NCBI GenBank assembly: GCA_002104945.1
Contig: MCFH01000019.1
Coordinates: 682,001-746,000 of the forward strand
Source: Piromyces finnis finn
Lineage: Eukaryota; Fungi; Neocallimastigomycota
Reading direction: 5' to 3'
Length of the DNA: 64,000 bases
The translations under genes were made by a program, and so were the position numbers. Below the pieces are notes generated by a model. That model searched no databases and was not told the DNA's origin. It worked only from the letters and a program-made list of their open reading frames with translations. Shown piece by piece: positions 1-11,629 of the stretch (positions within the stretch are counted from its first letter, which is position 1; each line of letters begins with the position of its first letter).

Positions 1-764
1 CTCAATAATTTTAGTAAATTTTAATGCTTTTGAAAGTTCTGTTTTTAATTTAGGACTAATTTCAAGTAGTTGACCTATTGTTATATTTGCAAATTTTTCT
101 CCTATATCTTTAGTTATATTATATTTTTCTTGATCTGCTGATATAACTAATCTTTTTGTACCTTTTTCATTTGGTACATCTTTTTCTTTTTGACTTGGAA
201 GTTCAATCTCTTTTGCTAATTCTATTATTTCCTTTTCTCGTTCTTTTTTATTATTTCGTTTAGCTTTATCTATAGTGGGTTGATTAATGAATGAAGGATC
301 TAATTGTTTTAATGCTTCTGTTGAATTAGTGTTATTATTAATATTATTATCATTAATGTTATTATCTATTTTATTACTTTCATTATTATTTATATTAGTG
401 TCATTATTCATACTCATATTATTATTAATATTATTATTATAATTATTATTAAGATTATTATTATTATTATTATTTTCATTTTCAATTACAGTCTCCATTT
501 CTACTTCATTATTTGGAACTTCAATTATATCTTCATAAGTATTATTTAATGGTTCTCTAGTCTCATTACTTGGAACTCTAATTGGTTGTGGATTGTCACT
601 TAATTTTTCTTTGGTAGTTCTTTTATATGGTTTAATATCAGTATTCTTTTTAGCTTTTCTTATTACTGGAATAGTAATTTCTTCATTTACTGGTACTGAT
701 ATTGTAGCAAAAGTAGTATTGGTTTGATTTATGGGAGTATTCCTTCTCCCACTCATAAGTTTAA
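1..764 (-). CDS. pol: N-terminal part of gypsy-1 pol (-1 frame relative to gag), partial; missed by the ORF track
   Basis: Manual translation is stop-free from 764 to 1 (FKLMSGRRNTP...LDPSFINQPTIDKAKR...YNITKDIGEKFANITIGQLLEISPKLK). It aligns with gypsy-2 pol LDPSVIADKNISSAKK...YDVYDALNNTNAGITFAQLFAVSP. Confidence 0.85.
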
Positions 765-765
765 A
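732..765 (-). promoter_or_regulatory. -1 programmed ribosomal frameshift signal (gypsy-1)
   Basis: Heptamer U UUA AAC (765-759) just before the gag stop, 7-nt spacer, then hairpin UGGGAG-AAGGAAUA-CUCCCA (751-732). Confidence 0.8.
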
Positions 766-1822
766 TGATTTTGATTAGAGTTTATAAGGCCTTGTTTTTC
801 CATTTCTGCAAGTTCTTGGAATGTATATTTGCAATCTTGCATTTTGTGGCCTACTTGTTGACATCTAAAACATTTATTTCTTTGAGACTGGTTAAACATA
901 TTCACTTGACTTTGAGATGTAGTTTGATTAACTTTATTAGTAGTAGTATTCATTTTATTAGCATTAACATTATTAGAATAATTAGTGGAATTTTGATATG
1001 ATTTATTTTCTTCCATATTGGAATAATTATTGTTATTAAATGTACTAGAATTATAAGGGTATTTACTATAACCATTATTATATGCATTTTGATCACCTTG
1101 ATAGTTGTTATAATTATTGTTATAATTATTATTATAATTGTTACTATAACTATTATTATTAGTATTGAAATTATTTGGGTAATTATTTCTGTAATTATTT
1201 CTCTTATTAAAACGTTGATTTCTCATATTATAGTTTCCATTGAATCGCATATTATAATTATTATAATTATTATTATTATCATAATTATTATTATAGTTAT
1301 TATTGTAGTATCCATTATAAGTATATGGACTATCATTATTATTAAAATAATTATAATTAGTTCCACCACTATGTTGAGTAAATAGATTATAATTTTGGTT
1401 TTGATATGGATCAAAGTAAGGTTGGTTATCAGTAAACATATTTACATTATGATACTGAGGAACTTCAGTTGCTGATTCAGCTAATTCGGCAACCTTAAAA
1501 GCGGCTTCTATATCTTTAGGTTGGGCAGTGATTACTTGAGTTCTGATAAAAGGACGAGAAATAATGGAATTAGTATAATCCTTAACAGTAACGAATAGTT
1601 GGGATCCAACATTAAGATTTTTATATAAGTTTCCGTATCTCCAGTTGAAATCCTTAATACTTTCTCCTCTTCTAATTTTTAGAGACTTAACATTGAAGCA
1701 TTTTTCTTGAGGCGTGATTTCTAAGTATTCTTCAATAGCCTCTTTAATATCTTCGATACTAGGATAATTTGTTCCAGTATCACTTTCTGTTTTTAAGTCA
1801 TCAATGATTCCTTTTAATCTAC
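753..1822 (-). CDS. gag: gypsy-1 gag, 3' part (capsid C-terminus, Asn/Tyr-rich linker, CCHC zinc knuckle)
   Basis: ORF 753..1874. Its first ~17 residues come from the inserted solo LTR; the real frame resumes at GT AGA TTA (GRLKGII...). Ends NHLNL, like gypsy-2 gag NHLN. Confidence 0.85.
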
Positions 1823-1827
1823 CTTGG

Positions 1828-2609
1828 TGTAAAGTATAAAATTTAAAACAGATTTCATACTTAAAACAAAACAATTTTTATTAACACAAAAATAAAAAAA
1901 TAAAACATTAAATTTTTATTTTAAAAATCATTTTATTTAAAACTCTTAAAAAGATTATTAACTATATAATAGTTAATAATTAAAAATTGAAATAACAATT
2001 ACATCGATTTAACAAATAAAAATTACATGTATTTATATTTTTTCATAATTATATTCTAATATATTATTCTATTTAAATAAACATATATTTAATATAAAAT
2101 AAACAAAACTAATTTAATTAAATAATAAAATAACAGAACTAAACTAAACTAATTCATTATACTTTTAATTCAATTTGAGTAAACTCAAAATTGAATAAAG
2201 CCCATGTATTTTCTATAAATTAATTTAATATTATCAATACTATTCTTAATATATTTCCTATTGAAATATAAATAAATCTATTTTTAAAACTAAGTTAAAA
2301 TTATTAAACTATTCTAAATTTAAATAAAAAAGTATAATCTATTCTAAAATTAAATAAAAAGTATTTGAAAAATATTTTAATTATTTAAAATATTTGAAAT
2401 ATTTAAATTTAATTAAAATTCTTTTATTCCTTAAACTTAAATATTTATCTTAATTTAAATTTAACGGAATTATTATAAATAATTTATTATTAAATTATTC
2501 CATAAAATTTACTCAAAATTTTATAATCAGTTTTACTAAATATTAATTTATTATTTAATAATTAATAATTAATTATTAAATAATCTAAAGATATTCTTAT
2601 ATCTTTACA
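1828..2609 (-). mobile_element. Solo LTR (782 bp) inserted in gypsy-1 gag
   Basis: Termini TGTAAAG...CTTTACA with 5-bp TSD CCAAG (plus strand CTTGG at 1823-1827 and 2610-2614). The 5' end TGTAAAGATAT matches the chromovirus LTR at 54102. Confidence 0.85.
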
Positions 2610-2763
2610 CTTGGACACATTCCTTTGCCCAAGCGAATATCTTTTTGGGATCATTGATGTCAGATAGGTCCATAACTCTGCTGAATTCTTCAGCCCAGCT
2701 TTCGATATCCCTATCTTGACTACCAATTCTAGGTAGCATTTTAGTGATTTCACTGATCTTCAT
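2610..2763 (-). CDS. gag: gypsy-1 gag, true 5' part
   Basis: ATG at 2763 reads MKISEITKMLPRIGSQDRDIESWAEEFSRVMDLSDINDPKKIFAWAKECVQ(G). Removing the LTR plus one TSD joins it in frame to GRLKGII. Confidence 0.8.
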
Positions 2764-2997
2764 TTTTGTATATATAAATTTCTTATAAGGTAAAATAATT
2801 AAAATAAAAGAATAATTTAATTTGAAATAAATGATAATAAAGAAAATAATTGGAATTTATATATTATATATATATATATGTGTTTTGAACTTTAATAATA
2901 TAATAATATTAATAATATTTATAAAATTAAAAATGAAAAGAATTGAATATATAAATAATTGATAAATTGATAAAGTATAAAATAATATAAAATTTAT

Positions 2998-3036
<39 letters not shown>

Positions 3037-4255
3037 AAAAAAAATTAAAGAAAATTATTTAGAAATTGAGAAGTATATTAAAGAAAAATAAAAGAATAAA
3101 AAATAAGTAATACAACAGAAATCTATATATATATTGTATAAATTATATATATTATATGGATTATATAAATTATAAAAATTATATAAATAATGAAATTTAA
3201 TATTGAATGAGATCAGATCGGAGAAGTATTTTATAGAAAGTATATTATATTATTATTATTAGTCAGGAATAATAGAAGCTTTACGGAATAATATCTAATT
3301 ATAAATTTAAATGCAATTTATTAACTCTCAATTTTAAATGATCAAGGAAGAATGAAAGAATAATTTTTTTTTTTTTTTTTTTTTTTTTTGCAATTAGGAA
3401 TTTATAAGAATATGTATATTTTTTTATTTAATTTAATTATAATAGTTTATATATATTGTTACAATTATTTATTTATTTTTAGGCACCCGAGGCACAGTGA
3501 CTATAAAGACTTTCGGATCCCTACTAAACCCCCACCTTTAAATGATAAATTTTCACTTCCAAAGTTCTGCTCCTTACTCAGGATTTTCAGCCGAACTTGC
3601 TACTCTCTTACTTGAGAATCAAATAAAGGCTGTCTAGTATACCTACTCCCTCTTGCTGAGTGTGTACCCGCCTTACTCTCTAAATAATAATTGCTTTAAT
3701 TATTGCTATATTTCGAACTCAGTCTATTATATAACAACAACCAATATATACTTACTATTTTTTTTTTTGTTATAATTTAAATTAAAAAATTTTTAGTCAA
3801 TAATTAAGAATATTGAAATAAATTATTCGCTTAATATGTAGGTAGCCTTAAGCTAAGAAGTTTTTCATTCAACAGCCGCCTCTACAAATAAGCACTGGTG
3901 AATTAATTTATTCTCTTAATTAAGAAATAAAAATTGTATATTTAATTCAAATTATGATCTTATTATTAACTGCTGAGAAGGATTAACTTTTTTCCTAGTT
4001 TTTACTATCACACTGATCCCCTGGATAGATCAGAAATATAACAAACTAACTGAATGGATTAAGTTATCCTTATTAATAATAAGAACGGAAACGATTATAG
4101 GAATTATAGAAATTTTCTTCCTTGTGTAACGTATATGACTAACTATTAATCACTTAATCTTTAATTTCTTAAATACCCTTTTTAGAAATATTAAAATTTT
4201 TATAATTTTAAAATTATATATATTTCCTTTTATATATATAATTAAATTTTTTTTT

Positions 4256-4290
<35 letters not shown>

Positions 4291-4405
4291 AGAAGAATAT
4301 ATAATAAAATTAAATTAAGTGTAAACTGTTTTTTTATAAACGCTTAATATCTTAGAATTTATTAGTATTATTATTAATATTATTCTTTTTCATATCTTTG
4401 GTCAC

Positions 4406-4422
4406 GCCCGGATTCTCCACCA
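4406..4422 (-). other. Primer binding site, tRNA-Ala type
   Basis: TGGTGGAGAATCCGGGC is complementary to a eukaryotic tRNA-Ala-like 3' end (...UCUCCACCA); it lies 8 nt from the LTR end. Confidence 0.75.
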
Positions 4423-4430
4423 AAATTTTA

Positions 4431-5506
4431 TGATGCGTTGACCGATATATTTTTGAATAATATAATATTTTTAATAAATAATAAATTCTAATATTTATGA
4501 TGAAACAATAAATTTAAAATAAAATAAAATATGTTTTATAATTAACAAATAAATCACTCAAAAACTCGAAAATAAACTCTTTTTATTATGTTTAAATTAT
4601 CTCTTTATTATATTTATAATTTATTTATTGTCTATTTATTGTCCCCCCTTTATAAAGAAGAATTTTATCTTCCTTTTATACATTTTCATTTATTACATGT
4701 ATTATTATTTTTAACTATTAAATGTTATTATTACTATTGTTATTATTTATTAAAATTAAAAGAATAAATTAAAATTATGTCTTAGTATTATAAAATATTA
4801 TAGAATATTACTTATTTGATTTTCTTATTACTTCAAAATGTTTAAATTTAGAAAAATTATTATAAATTATCATTGACTATCATTAAATGTATAATACCTT
4901 GAATAAAATAATTAAAATTTAAAATTAAAATAATATTAAAATAAAATTAAAATGAAATTAAAATATTAAAAGTATCAATTATTATAAACACTCATTTTAT
5001 ACAGAAACATAAAAGAGTTCTGTATTTTATCTTTGAAATTGTTATTATTGTTCTATTTCCAGGCTTTAAATTAATCACTTTTAGTAATAATTACTCAGTT
5101 ATTTATTTGTTAATTTATATATATAAGTTTGAAAGAATTTCTAAAGAACACTTGGATAAAACACTAGAATTAATAATTTAATGTATATCATTTTATTTTT
5201 TTAGTTTATTTATTCATTTTTATTTACTTATTATTATTTTATTATTTTAATACATTTTTGGATTGAGTCGTTTTATTTTATTTAATAATTTATTTTATTA
5301 TTATCTCTATTAAGTCGTTTTTATTCATAATTTATTATTTAATAAAGAGAATATTATTTATTTAAAAGAAAGGGTTATATTTCCATAAAATTATTATTTA
5401 TTCATTTTTAAGGGTTATTATCTTTTATTTTTATTATAAGTCGCTATGGGTTAAGTCGTGTTTATTCGGCTAGTTTTTATTACGTTTTTATGTGAGTAGC
5501 GTATCA
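4431..5506 (-). repeat. gypsy-1 5' LTR (1076 bp)
   Basis: Plus-strand termini TGATGCG...CGTATCA, followed by GATA; same sequence at 21270-22345. Confidence 0.85.
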
Positions 5507-5513
5507 GATATTT

Positions 5514-6063
5514 GTCGTTCCAGTTTTTATCCTGGTTGTTAAGGCGTTTCCTTAGCATACATAAGGCTTCTGGTTCGACCCCGCAGATGTCAGTGCCTGT
5601 GGATTTTCCCACTGGGTTTGCCATGGGTTGGGTTATGATATTCAGGTAAGTATAAATGAACTTTCTAATTTACTACTATGATAATAACACTCGTCTAGCC
5701 GGCCTGAGAGGGTCTAGTGTACATGGTACATTCCAAATTAGAACTTAATAAGTGGTGATTTAGGCTATGCCAAAAACACATAATATTCCTTAATCAATTT
5801 AAGTGTAAACATTAGGGGGCGGTTGACACGTGATCAAATTGACTATAAGAGGCTTAGCATTGTAGTTGTGAAATATCGTACAACGACATGCATCTAATGT
5901 ACATGGATTAAGTGAGCGTCGAAGCTGAAGAAACAGTATGACAGACCAGGAGGGTCACAACCACCTAGCAATAGGAATGAGCCAACGTTTCTCTAAGAAC
6001 CACCATTGGGACTAACTTCAATTGATGGGAGAAATGCACTCGGAAGTTAAAAAAAAAAAAAAA
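5514..6063 (+). mobile_element. tRNA(Ala)-derived SINE, subfamily 1, full length
   Basis: Head with CCTTAGCAT (tRNA-Ala AGC anticodon-loop-like) and B-box GGTTCGACCCC, ~450-bp body, A15 tail, then TTAAAAGGATATTT (TSD). Further copies at 22353, 53655 and 7676. Confidence 0.8.
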
Positions 6064-7675
6064 TTAAAAGGATATTTAGAGTGTTTATAATTACTATTAA
6101 AATCATTTATGCCTTTTTGGTGAAGTTTATAGCCCATATCAAAGAATTTTTTGTATTTAATATTTTCCTTAATAATTCGCATAATTTTTTAATTTAGATT
6201 GAGTGATTTAATTTACAATAATTAAAAATAAAAAACATTACAATTTTATTATTAAGTTTAAAGGCCATTATTAAATATGTTGTTATTTGACTATTAAGTA
6301 ACGAGTAAAATAAAAATATATTAAATATCTTTTCATAATTACAACTAGGTTTGTAATTGTTTAATTATTATTAATTAAATATTTGTAAAACTATTATAAA
6401 GCATTATAATATTTACTAATGAATGATAAAAATATAAAAAAACTTAAAATATTAAATATAAAAGAAATACTCATAACCCATGTAAATAATTTTATATTTT
6501 TTATAATTTAAATAAAATAAATTTATGTTTTCTATTTAAGTAAAAATAAATAAATTTTATAATATTTAAAAAAAAATAATTTTATTCTGTATTTTAAAAA
6601 ATTAGTTTCTATATCAATATTAAATATTATTATTATAATATATAAAATAAAATAGATATTATAGAAATTATCTATTAAAATTCTAAAATTATTGAATAAA
6701 GTTTATATATTTAAAGTTTTAAATTTTTCATTGATTTTATATCCTCTAGTTTTTATATTATCATAGCATATTGTAAAAGTCATATGTTATATCAGTTTTA
6801 AAATGATATAAATAATAGTGGAAAAAAGGAAAATTAAAGTTTTAATAAACTTTAACTGTCTATTTTATATTACACCCATATAGAAAAAAAAATTGATGTA
6901 AATAAATAAAATAGCTGAGCTTTTCCAATTATAAACATAATATTTTTATATACATCTTATTATTAATATTATTTTATATATTCAAGTTATTTAGTATAAT
7001 AAATAAGTTATCATTATTATTTTATTTGTGTGAATATATAAAAAAAATATATTATAATGTAATTGGAAGAAAACTATTCTATTTAAAATATATAAAATAT
7101 ATTCTAACTTAAAGTTAATATAATTTAATATGAGATATTTATTTTATTTAACTTTTAAATATTATATATATATATATATTATTTTTAGCTACAAATTTAT
7201 TACATTAAAGAATAAAAAACTTATGGGATATATTTAATAAAGATAAAACAAAGTGTTATAGGTATTATAGTAATAAAATAATGACTGTTAATAATTATTA
7301 ATTAAATATTCAAGTAATTGATATAATCTTAGTCAATTATAAATATATTTTTATTACTATAATGAAAAAAAATACATAGAATATATTTATTAATTTATAA
7401 AATATACCTTTATATACTTTTATGCGTTATGATAATTTATTATATATATAGATAAATCTTTCATTTCCTCACCGATGTTTATAGGATATAATTTTTGTAA
7501 TATAATAAACAATACTTTTTCTTGGTGACGTTTTTAGCCCGTACCAAAAAAGATTGTTGGTTTTTTATTTTTTCCTTAATAGTATAAATTTTTAAGTTGA
7601 ATGGTTTTATATTGTAAATGGAAATTAATAATTAACTATTGAATCTTATTAAAATTGTTATAATACCATAAACTA

Positions 7676-7793
7676 GACAGACTGGGAGGTCACAACCACC
7701 TAGCAATAGGAAGGAGTTAACATTTCTCTAAGAACCACCATTGGGACTAACTCTGATTGATGGTAGAAATGCACTTTGTAGTTAAGAAAAAAA
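7676..7793 (+). mobile_element. Diverged 5'-truncated SINE-1 3' fragment
   Basis: Matches the SINE-1 3' end (CACAACCACCTAGCAATAGGAA...CATTGGGACTAACT...AGAAATGCACT) with an A-rich tail. Confidence 0.8.
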
Positions 7794-8562
7794 TCATAAA
7801 CTAATAAACTTTACCTATTAATAATTTAATAATTCACATGTTTTAAGAATATTTAATATTTATATACGTTTTAGTAATATTATCAGCCATTTTTTATAGT
7901 ATAACTTTAATCCGTTATTATTGTCTATTTTATATTTATCATAAATAAACTTTATTATATGTTATAAATTAATATTAAACTTTATATTAAAATAATTCTA
8001 ACAATTGTATATTATATAAAGCTTAATTTAGATAAATTTTTATTTTAAAATAATATTCTTTAAATATTAATTAATGGATAAAGCTTATTATAATATTTAT
8101 TTCTATAATATATTTTTATATTTTTATTAATAAGTGTAATCATATAAATAATTATATGTTACAGTATATTAAAGATTAAAGTAAATATAGATTTCAATTT
8201 TGTAATATTTTTATAAAATAAAAGAAAACATAAATTTTATAATTATTTTTTTTACAATTTGTGTAAATTATTATTTATTATTATTTAGGTGGATAAATAT
8301 ATGACAAAAGAGTCTTATACTTTATATTATATTTATAGATATTAAATATTTATTATAATTAAGTATGTAAAATTATAAAAACTTAATAATTTATTTAATT
8401 ATTTTCACTTTTTTAAATGGATAAAAAAACAGAAGTTATATATTTTGTTATTTTTATTATTATGAAATAAATTGATATATATTTTTATAATCATAATTAA
8501 AAAATTTTTATAAATTTATTTAACAATACATTTATATATACTAAATAATTATTAATTTTATT

Positions 8563-11217
8563 CTATATATATCCGTTATCAAATTTGCTACTTCTAACCA
8601 TCGCAGAATCTGTTGTAGGTGCTGTTATAATTGTTTGTTTGCCTACATTTCCGTTTATACTTGTTTTCTTGTGATATTCAATAATTTTGGCAGTTATACC
8701 CATTTTACTTTTTGTATTCATGGAATTTCTTGAATCAGATTGTATATTCTTATTTTTATATGAAATTGAACTATCATTTAATTTATTAATGCTACCACTT
8801 AAAAAGTTATCTTCTTTATTTTTTAAAATGAAATATAAAAATAATTTATATCCATAGATTAAACAATAATTTGATAATGAAAACATTATATAAATAATTT
8901 CATTTAATAAAAAGGAAACAATATAATTATTGATGTTTAATGTTTCAGTGATTATTAAAAAAATTGAATCAAGAATATCTAAACAAATTGCTCCACATAA
9001 ATTTATAATTTCATAATGGATTTCTTTAATATTCCATTCAATGAATATAAGTAATAAAAATACTAAAAATATTAAAACTTTATATAAAATAAATAAAATA
9101 TGAACAAATTTTCCAAATGTTTCGTTTAATGAACATATCTCGAAATTAACATCTCCATTATTTATATTAAATACAAAATTAACTTCATATGGTTTTATGA
9201 ATGAGAGTCCATCAAGAATCAATTCAATTAAAATAAAAATGAATAAAAAGATATATCTATTATTTTAATCCATGTTGAATATTTATTTTCTTCTGGGAAA
9301 TAAACAAATAATTTATGTAGAATAGGTATTAAATTTAGTGTAATACCAAATGTAACCATAATCCATTTAAATTGACATTTAAATTTCGATATATCACCAT
9401 ATTCTAGAAAACCAGCACCTAATATTAAGCATAATCCTAATATTGAAATGAACCAAAAATCTTTTGATAAAAAGTTATAGTATTTTTTAAATTTTTTAAT
9501 ATAAAGTAATACAAGTGATAAACCAAATATCATCATTAATCCTGATAAAATTCCAATGAATAATAGAGCAAGAGAAGAATTATCATCTTCATCTAACGAT
9601 ATTTTATATATTTTTGAATAATCATTAATTTCATGAAGTACTTGAGATGCAGTTTTATTTCCATATAAATATTCAAAAACACGTTCTCTAAAAAATGCTG
9701 AATATTCATCATAATCTTTATTAACATGTGTTGGTCTATTAATAAATTGAATATTCTTAACTAATTCACAATCCACAATTTTGCATACTTCTTCATCATC
9801 ATATAGTTCCATTATTCCTGTTGCTATATTAGACGATGCCATTAATTCTTTTTGAGTTTCTTTCGATGTTAAATATTCAATAAAAAGGGCGGCACCTTTT
9901 TTTTTTTCTTCACTTGAAAATAAATTAATACCAATATTTGAACCACCAACACAAGATCCAGATATTCCAGATTTTCCACCAGGTAAATAATGTTGTTTAT
10001 ATTTCATTGAGTATATATTATTCCAATATTTTAAAAATATAGATCTTCCATTCATTAATTTATTAATTGTATAAGGAATAACAGACTGGAATTCTTCATC
10101 TATTTTATATTTTAAATATGTTATTATTTTATAATTATTCATAATTTATTGTTTTAAGAAACCTTACCAGAAGATATTCTTTCTTTTATTTCTTTTATTT
10201 TTTCTAAAGCTTTTATTGCATTTTCACTTAATAAATCTGGAAATGGATCATTTTTTTGATTTCTAAATGAATACATTATTTCGTATATAGAACACATTCC
10301 TGATGATACTTTTAAAGTTATAAAATATATAATTAATATTAAATATTAATAATATCATAATTTATTTATATATAATACTTACTATCAAATAATCCATTAT
10401 ATGCTGATAAATCAGAATTAGGATTTTTTTTTCTATCCTCTTTAAGAATATATTCAGCTGTATCGATTAATTCATTCCATGTTGTTGGAACTTCTTGATT
10501 ATATTCTTTTAGTATTTCTTCATTTACATATAAGACATTAAAGTCTACTTCAACAGGCTATTAATAATATAATATTTTAATATCCATTATATCCATTAAT
10601 TTTAATAATATGTGATGTAAATTAAATTAACTATATATAAATATATATATATTATTATTTTATGTATCAAAAAAGAAAAACGAATATTTACCAATCCAAC
10701 CCATTTATCATTATAGGTACATGTTTCAGAAGCTATTCCTGAAGAATACATATCAATATGTTCTTTTGGTAACACTGTTCTTAAATCTACTAAATATGGT
10801 CCAAATCTTATCGGGTATACATTATCATAAAATATTACATCATATTTTCCTTCTTTCTTTTTAAGCATTGTTTCAATTGTCGTTCCATAATCGTTTATAA
10901 ATTGAGTAGCATTTGCTAATGTTAAAAGATTTAATTTAACTTCAACATCTAAACCTTTTTCTTCAGCTTGACTATTAAACTTTTTTATTAAATCTGTATA
11001 TTCAAAATCATTACTATATGTGAATGCAATAATATTAACAATATTCTTACATTTAGCTTTTCAGTTTTATTATAGATATATATATTTAAACATATAGATA
11101 TTAATATTTAATATGAATTTTATTATATAGAAAAATGTACTATTTCATAAGTATTGTCTATTTACTTATTTTATATAAAAGTGTTGTTAAAAATATCAAT
11201 ATATATATATATTTCAT
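8563..11217 (-). CDS. Receptor A: signal peptide + solute-binding-protein-like ectodomain + class C-like 7TM; multi-exon; 1-nt frameshift at ~9263-9266
   Basis: Exon 1 MKYIYILIFLTTLLYKI (ATG 11217, donor GTAAAT at 11165). SBP-type motifs YDVIFYD...LVDL and LPGGKSGISGSCVGGSNIGIN, then seven hydrophobic segments. A T4 run here is T5 in the intact duplicate at ~26103. Confidence 0.8.
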
Positions 11218-11629
11218 TAATGATTTTTTTTTCTTTTATTAGTATTACTTTAAAATTTAATAATTTCATATAGCTTTATTTTATTTTTTTATTTTTATAT
11301 TTTAACTATTAAAAAAGAATTATATACTTATTTTACTTTTAAATATATCAATATAATAACTTTAAAAAAATTTATCAAATAATATAAGATTTTAAAGATT
11401 TTAATATAAATAGAGTTAGCAATTTATATATAATAAAAAAATATATAATCGTAAAACCAATTCAAATAAATATTTATTATTTATAAATATTAGATTAATA
11501 AAAGGAATTAATTCAATATATTTATATATTAATAAATTATATATATAAATGGGTGTTATATTCTAATAATACATTTATTTGGTTTCTTAGTTTATAAACT
11601 AATATATATTACATGTTAAATAATTATTT

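Larger units (their letters stand above)
1..5506 (-). mobile_element. Ty3/gypsy LTR retrotransposon 'gypsy-1' (5' LTR, PBS, long leader, interrupted gag, start of pol; runs off the left edge)
   Basis: 5' LTR 4431-5506, PBS 4406-4422, gag with CCHC knuckle (CFRCQQVGHKMQDC), -1 slippery site, and an open pol frame to base 1 homologous to the pre-protease region of the gypsy-2 pol. Confidence 0.9.

Noticed and set aside
753-1414. Short overlapping Ile-rich ORFs (765..1001, 1089..1385, 1223..1414) and similar small ORFs inside retroelements or antisense to genes
   Set aside because: They are shadow frames of AAT-rich or genuine coding sequence, many with TTG starts.
2562-2753. 63-aa ORF MKSLKCY...
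   Set aside because: Wrong frame; the real coding frame is the gag 5' part starting at 2763.
5697-5720. AGCCGGCCTGAGAGGG and TGTAGTTGTGAAAT in the SINE-1 body resemble bacterial 16S rRNA snippets
   Set aside because: The matches are short and isolated, the flanks do not continue the alignment, and the region is a SINE with TSD and tail.
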